Of a stretch of DNA of 32,903 nucleotides, positions 26,801 to 32,903 are shown piece after piece; positions within the stretch are counted from its first letter, which is position 1; each line of letters begins with the position of its first letter. Made by a program: the position numbers and the translations under genes. The notes below the pieces were generated by a model, which was not told where the DNA came from, did no database searches, and saw only the letters and a list, made by a program, of their open reading frames with translations. Origin of the DNA: Guillardia theta CCMP2712 (taxonomy: Eukaryota; Protista; Cryptophyta); assembly GCF_000315625.1 (NCBI RefSeq), contig NW_005434496.1, positions 1 to 32,903 on the forward strand, in the 5' to 3' direction.

Positions 26801-29800
26801 CTCCCACCCTTCCAGAAGCAGGACGGCGCAGCCGACTCGCAGAACCTGACTGCGTTGCTGAAGGGCACGCGGTACCGGTTCAAAGTAGCGGTGCTCCGGC
26901 TGGACGGGGGGGTCAGTGACTTCAGCGTGCAGACAGACGACATAACGACTCTCAGCACAGTCCCCTCCTCGGGTCCAGCCCTTTCCTTCTCCTCCGACGT
27001 GGGCGTGTCCTGGGTGGTGGTCCAGTGGACGTCTGACATCTCTTGGGAGGACAGGGGAGGGGAGCCCCTGCTGTCATACGAGCTGCAGGTCAGGGAGGAA
27101 TCTCAGATGTGGACCGTTGCGATCTCAAGGAGTTTCAACTTGACATCTGTCAACTCCTCAGCTGGGATGTCCCAGGTCAACTTCACCGGGCTGGTGGGAA
27201 ACACGAGATACGCCTTCCGACTGTCCCTCCGGAACTCCAAGGGAGGAGGAGGGTACGGACCAGACTCTGACCTTGTTATCACCCGCCCCCTGGCTCCTCC
27301 TCCTCCTTCCACCCTCTCCAGCCTGCAGTCCGTGCTGGTCAGCTGGGTGTCAAACGTCAACTTTGACGGGTTCAAAGTTCGCGGGTATCGGGTTGACAGC
27401 TCGGTGGAGACGCTGATAGGGGAGAAGCTGGCGGGGAAGACAGAAACGTCCATCCTCTTCTCTGGTCTGGCATTGGATAAGGAGTATCGCTTCAGCTTAG
27501 CGGGTAACACCCATGCTCGCTCCTCTCCCCTTTTTTCTGCTTCTCTCCTTCCCCTCCCTCCTCTCCCTCCCCTCCCTCCTCCTCTACTGCCCCTCTCTTC
27601 CCTACTAGTTCTTCTACCCTCTCTGCTTCTCCTAGTCATCTTGCTCTTCCCGCTGCTCTCTTGATTGTCCCCGGCTTCTGCGTTATGTCTTTTCCCTTGT
27701 GCACCTACTCCTCGTTCTGCTACGTCTTTTTCCTCTCTGAACTCTCTTCACAGTGAGAAATGCCGCTGGCTGGGGAGATTTCAGCAGCAAGAAAGTGACA
27801 AGAACAACGCTGGCAGCGTTTCCTCTGCGTCCTACTGCCATCACGATCATACAAGACACTTCTGCTACACTCAACTGGATCACCCCCAACGATGTACAGA
27901 GTACCATCGGATTCCTTGTGTATGCCTGCGAGGTTTGTGCTGTATGTTGTCTGACAAGAGAGTAGAGGAGATAAGATGAGAAGAGAGCGCCTTGAGAGGA
28001 GAGGAGAGGAGAGGAAAGGGGAGGAGAGGAGAGGGAGATTTGGGGCCGTAGGGGGAGTGGCTCGCATTTGGAGGGAGGTATTGAATTAGGCATCAGGGCT
28101 GTGTCTGCAAAGGTTGTCAATAGAGTAAGGGGGTCAGCTCTTTCCGCTGCCGAGGATGTCTGCATTGCGCCTCCCGCCCCTGGTGTCTTGTCCAGCCCGG
28201 GTAANNNNNNNNNNNNNNNNNNNNNNNNNNNNNNNNNNNNNNNNNNNNNNNNNNNNNNNNNNNNNNNNNNNNNNNNNNNNNNNNNNNNNNNNNNNNNNNN
28301 NNNNGGAGGCATTTCCTCAGTCACTCACGGAGTGAGGGAGGGAGGGAGGGAGGGAGGGAGGTAGTAAAGGAAAGGGAAGGAGAGAAGGAGCAGGGAGGGA
28401 GCAGGGGTGCAACGGTAGTTCTAAAGAGAGGAGCAGGTGATGGTACAGCTATGCATTTTTCCCTTGACTGGCGGCTCAATTCCAAGCTCGCTGACGAGGA
28501 CAGGGTTGAGGAGGAATACCAACTACACTCTCAGGCTGTCAGTAGCAAATCCAGGAGGAGAGGGCCCGTTAGGCCAGGAGTCTGAAGTGTTCACAACCTA
28601 CTCTACGTTCCCGGACAGGATGGCAGCAGTGCGGGTGGACGCGCTGACCAGCAACGAGCTCCTGGCTAGGTGGACCCCCCTAGTGGGATGGGACGAGAGG
28701 GGAGGCCTCCCAGTCTTCGCCTACTACGTCAAGATCGTGGCCGTCGACTACAACTACTCCAAGATGTTTTCCGTGTTCCCCTCCAACTCTTCTGATCCAG
28801 CTGAAGCCCAACTCGTTATCTCCGACCTCCTGCCCAACTCGGTGAGCTGACTCGATAGTGTCGCTCGTGCTGATCGAACTGCCGCTGTGAAGCTCTACGA
28901 CGTCACCGTCCTGGCTGAGAACACTGTACCTGCTGCTCCTCCTCCTCCTCTTCCTCTTCTTCCTCCTCCTCCTCTTCCTCTTCTTCTTCCTCCTCCTCTT
29001 CGTGCTCCTGCTTCTTTCCCCCTTTCGCTCCTGCTCTTTGCCTTAGTAACTTGACTTTTCTGCTCGATCTCCTCCTTGTTTGCCTCCTTCTCTCAGAAAT
29101 CCTCCTTCACTCAGCCTCCTCCTCCTCCTCCTCCTCCTCCTCCTCCTCCTTCCAGCCCTTCTTCTGCTCCTCCTTCTCCCTCTTGTCTTCCTCTCCATGG
29201 ATTTGACCATGACCTCACCAGAACTGCCTTGTGCAAGAAGGGAAGGTCATCGCAGGGATCGACTGCTGCGCCGATCACGTGTGCTCGCCGTTGTCACCGG
29301 CGACGAGGAACTCGACGCTCATGGGAACGCTTCCTATTCCTTTCATCCGATCCGCTACCGGCAGTGAGATCCTCGTGGGGTGGAATGCGATACAGGGCTC
29401 GATCAGCAACTTGCTGGAGATTCAAGTGGAGTATCAGGTGTTAGAGGGAAGGAGGAGGGAGGGGAGGGAGAGGGCAGACATGGACTGGAGAGAGGATGGG
29501 ATGGGATGGGATGGGATGGGATGGGATGGGATGGGATGGGATGGGATGGGATGGGATGGGATGGGATGGGATGGGATGGGATGGGATGGGAATAAAGGAG
29601 GAGGGAGAGGAGGAGGGTCTATAGTATTCGAGCAAGCCAAGTCTTACACTTGAGGCAGGATGCCGACAGGTCTTCTAAATTCTCCACGGATCAATGGTTT
29701 TCAGTGAGTGTTTTCTCTTAAATTTCATTTGTGTTTTCATCAATTTTAACTTCTTGTCAGGTTCAAGAACCCGGAGACGCAACTTCGGTCCTGATATCGG

Positions 29801-30046
29801 ATCTCCTCCCTAACAATGCGTACAACGTTCGGATCCGAACCCTTGACATCTTCAGACGTCTGGGCCCGTACAGTGACACTGCTGTCCTGATCACGATCCC
29901 GCAAAAGATTGGAAACCTGACGGCTGAAGCAATCGGTGATGATGATGATGATGATGGAGATGGTGATGATGATGATGATGACGATGATGATGATGATGAT
30001 GATAAATGATGATCATGATCATGATCATGATCATGCTGATGGTGTC

Positions 30047-30107
<61 letters not shown>

Positions 30108-31432
30108 AATATGCAATGATGATTGCAGCAAGTTAGCCACACATGTTGACAATCGTCTTCGTTCCATCACCTCACGATTCTTATCAGGTTCATCTTCAGC
30201 GCATTTGAGTTGGTCGCCTCCATTAGGAAGGAGCAAAAATCTCATTGGGTTCAACATCTCCATCCAAGAAGTTTCACAATTGTCCCCCGGTTACCTCTCC
30301 TGTCCTGTCCTGTCCCGTCCTCTCCTCTCCTGTCCTCTCCTCTTCTCTCCCCTCCTCTTCTCTCCCCTCCTCTCCTCTCCTCTCCTCTCCTCTCCTCTCC
30401 TCTCCTCTCCTCTCCTCTCCTCTCCTCTCCTCTTTACTCCCCTCCTCTCTTCTCCTCTCCTCTTCTCTTGCTCCTGTCTCCGCTTTTTCACTTGCTCCTG
30501 ACTGTCTTCTTTTCCCAGCTCTCTCGCCCCTCCCCATCTTCATCATCGTCAACAACATCTGGACAGACTATATCGTCACACAACTCAAGAGAAACACGCA
30601 ATACATCTTTCAGGTCGCTCCCATCAACTTTGCAGGACAGGCCACCTTCTCAGACCCTGTGAGATATGTTTTCATCTCCTGTTGTAAGTGTATAACGAAC
30701 CAATTTCCGTCAGAGTCTGTTGATCAGAACGGCACAAGAAGACGAAGTAGTCAGTTGTTCATTCTTTGGAAGTGCTCTGCACAAGAGCATTAGCGGTGAG
30801 ATTATTTGCTTTCTTTCTTCAACATTGCGATAATCTCTTCAACGCAGGAAACGTTCTCATTCAACGAGTTTCGTCTGCATACAGCATACAGGGCAAAGTC
30901 AACAACATCGCTCCTGGTATCTACAAGATGTTTGTTTCGCCGACAAGGATTAGTCAGAGTTACAACTGGACGGCAACTGGTTCGTTGTTGCAGGTATGAT
31001 GATAATTTGTTGTCATGTCCATCTCTTCTGCTGTCTACTTTGTTTCTTTCCCCTCTGTGTTTAGAATGGAAATTGTTTCATCCTGTCCTGCATTCATTCT
31101 TGTTTTATGTGCCCCTGACATCTTGGACTCAATCGTTTTCAATTCAAGTTGCAAGACTTCGATGCGAGCTTGACATTGTCGGAACTTTACGCCAACAAAC
31201 AAGACGACGCCTCCTACACAGGTACTGTACATCTCCTTTCACATCATGATAGAATCAATCGAGTTCTCACTTTTCTCTTCGCAGTGAACAGAAGTTATAC
31301 TTCTCAAGTGGGAGCAGATGTGTTCAGTTTGTATGGAAGCAACTCATACGTGGGTGGGACAGTCGCAATTGTTACTAACAACGAGGTGAATTGAATCTAC
31401 AAAGCATCATTCACCAACTGATCGCAACTCCA

Positions 31433-31474
<42 letters not shown>

Positions 31475-32903
31475 CTCCCCCCCACCATCATCTGCTCCTC
31501 CCTCGCCTCTCCCCCCCCCTCCCCCTCCGTCCATCTGCTCCCCTTCCCGCTCTCCTTCCCCCCCCTCAACCTCTTCCCCACTCTTCAACTCATCTGATTT
31601 TCTTCTTCAACTCTCTAGATGTTGGCTCAATGTCAGCTCGGCATATCAAGACCGAGCCCCAGTCAGATCAACGCAGTTGCCTCTCGTCCCTCCTCCTTCG
31701 CTTTCTGTCAACTCCAGCCCACACAGACCTCGTTGGCAAATCTCAGGTTATGCTCGTCCTCCTCCTCTGCTGCTGCTGCTCCTCCTCGCTGTGCTGCTGC
31801 TGCTGCTGCTCCTCCTCCTTCTCCTCCTCTGGATCCTCCTCCTGCCTCTGCCCGTGCTCCTGTTACAGCACCACCACATTCTTTTCCTCCATCCTCATCA
31901 TCTTTCTCCTCCTCCCCTGGCTCCTTCCCCTCCCTCTTCCTCTCCTCACTTGCTTTCAGCGGTATCGTCCTTCTCCAGCAGGCGGAGAACAACCTCGTCA
32001 TAGTCCGCGCAAGGATCTGCGGCTTACCTTCCAGCCTGACCGTCACTCTCAGCCTCAACGATTTCGGCGATCTCACAGACAAGCCTCAATCACTTGGGTC
32101 AAAAATTTCTCTCATTGGTGACATGTCATTCGACAACCTCGGGGTAACGATCACCTGTTCTGTATTGTGAATTATGCGTGTGTATCTGATACACGTCAAA
32201 TTCCGATCAAGCTGAAGTGTGTGATATCACGTGTAGTATCATGTTTGCAGATTTAAGTTCACACCTGGTGTTTCGAACCTCAGACTGTCTCTTTGAAATC
32301 TTTTTGCTGAACTTGCCTGCAGTCTGGAAATCTCTTCAACCCCTCCTCCTCAGCTGTCTCCCTTGACGCAACTTCTCCTCTCTCAGCTATCGGACGGTCT
32401 TCCCCTCTCCTCCTCCATCTCACAGCAGATTGACCAGCTTGCAGGTCCATGAGCGTCTACGAGACTACCGACCTGACGCTGGTGGCAACTTGCGTGATCG
32501 GAAGAGATGAAGCGACGACGAGCGAAGAATTCATCCCTCCATGCACTCCTTGCACGTATGCTCTCAACCAGGAGGTAAGTTCCTTCACCTTGAACTACCA
32601 ATCCCAACTCCACTCCCATGTCCTCCCTCTCCTGCTCCATCTCCTCCCCCTCACTCTTGTCTCTCTGCTCTGCTCTGCTCTGCTCTGCTCTGCTCTGCTC
32701 TCTTCAACCCAACTCAACTCTCATCTTCCCAGGACACCTTTGTCTCTGTCGCTACCATGTTCGGGGGTCAACTGGATGGACGTCTGGTCTCTCAATATCT
32801 TCTTGCACCCTGATCGCGCCCCCCCTGCGGGCACGAGCGTCTTCTATGCTCATCCTTACCAAGTGAGGAGAGCAGAGCAGAGCAGAGCAGAGCAGAGCAG
32901 AGC
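20080..32903 (+). CDS. Giant secreted or surface protein: signal peptide, ~24 fibronectin type III repeats, two Cu/Zn-SOD-fold-like domains, LysM; 3' end lies beyond the window
   Basis: More than 20 exons, most of which I could join in frame (joins around the 28205 gap are uncertain); largest exon ~24071-27502. Recurrent FN3 signature (V.+.W..P ... L.PG..Y.F.V.A.N..G...S). Start ATG at 20080 (alternative 19990). C-terminal exons show SOD-fold motifs (FGDLT, SLYGSNSYVG, AIGRSMSV, ATCVIGR) and a LysM motif (YALNQEDTFVSVATMF). Confidence 0.9.
23835..23899. repeat. (ATC)n microsatellite in an FN3-gene intron
   Basis: Read directly from the sequence. Confidence 0.95.
28205..28304. other. Assembly gap (100 N) within the FN3 gene
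   Basis: N run in the sequence. Confidence 0.99.
29494..29590. repeat. (GGATG)n microsatellite in an FN3-gene intron
   Basis: Read directly from the sequence. Confidence 0.95.
29937..30103. repeat. (GAT)n/(GATCAT)n microsatellite in an FN3-gene intron
   Basis: Read directly from the sequence. Confidence 0.92.
30295..30465. repeat. (CTCTC)n/(CTGTC)n microsatellite in an FN3-gene intron
   Basis: Read directly from the sequence. Confidence 0.9.

Noticed and set aside
27503-27750. Apparent C-terminal transmembrane helix ending the 1192-aa ORF
   Set aside because: It is read-through into a CT-rich intron (donor G|GTAACA at ~27503). The FN3 repeat is completed by the next exon (VRNAAGWGDFS).

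Overview
Eukaryotic nuclear DNA with short GT/GC-AG introns, many introns filled with microsatellites, and two 100-N assembly gaps. A bipartite plastid presequence (signal peptide then Phe) indicates an alga with a red-derived complex plastid. The composition suggests a cryptophyte such as Hanusia or Guillardia (inference, not checked). Seven genes could be reconstructed by hand: taspase-1 (-, runs off the left edge), plastid ribosomal protein L15 (+), a SMYD-type SET/MYND methyltransferase (-), Ran GTPase (+), VPS10/sortilin (-), an intronless CENP-B/pogo-type HTH + PB1 protein (+), and a giant secreted FN3 protein (+, runs off the right edge). Notable observations: (1) the giant protein has about 24 FN3 repeats, two His-less Cu/Zn-SOD-fold domains and a LysM that is hidden by a 1-nt frameshift; (2) VPS10 carries a ~180-aa jelly-roll/CBM-like domain inside a propeller Asp-box; (3) the HTH-PB1 gene sits next to a 2+2 inverted array of TAACTTTGAGTAAA; (4) the divergent intergenic regions are mosaics of blocks, each dominated by one short motif (GGGGTR, AACTTTGA, ATTTG(G)TA, CCGG/GTAC). 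Most long ORFs in the supplied track are translated microsatellites. All domain calls come from motif recognition by eye, not from database searches.
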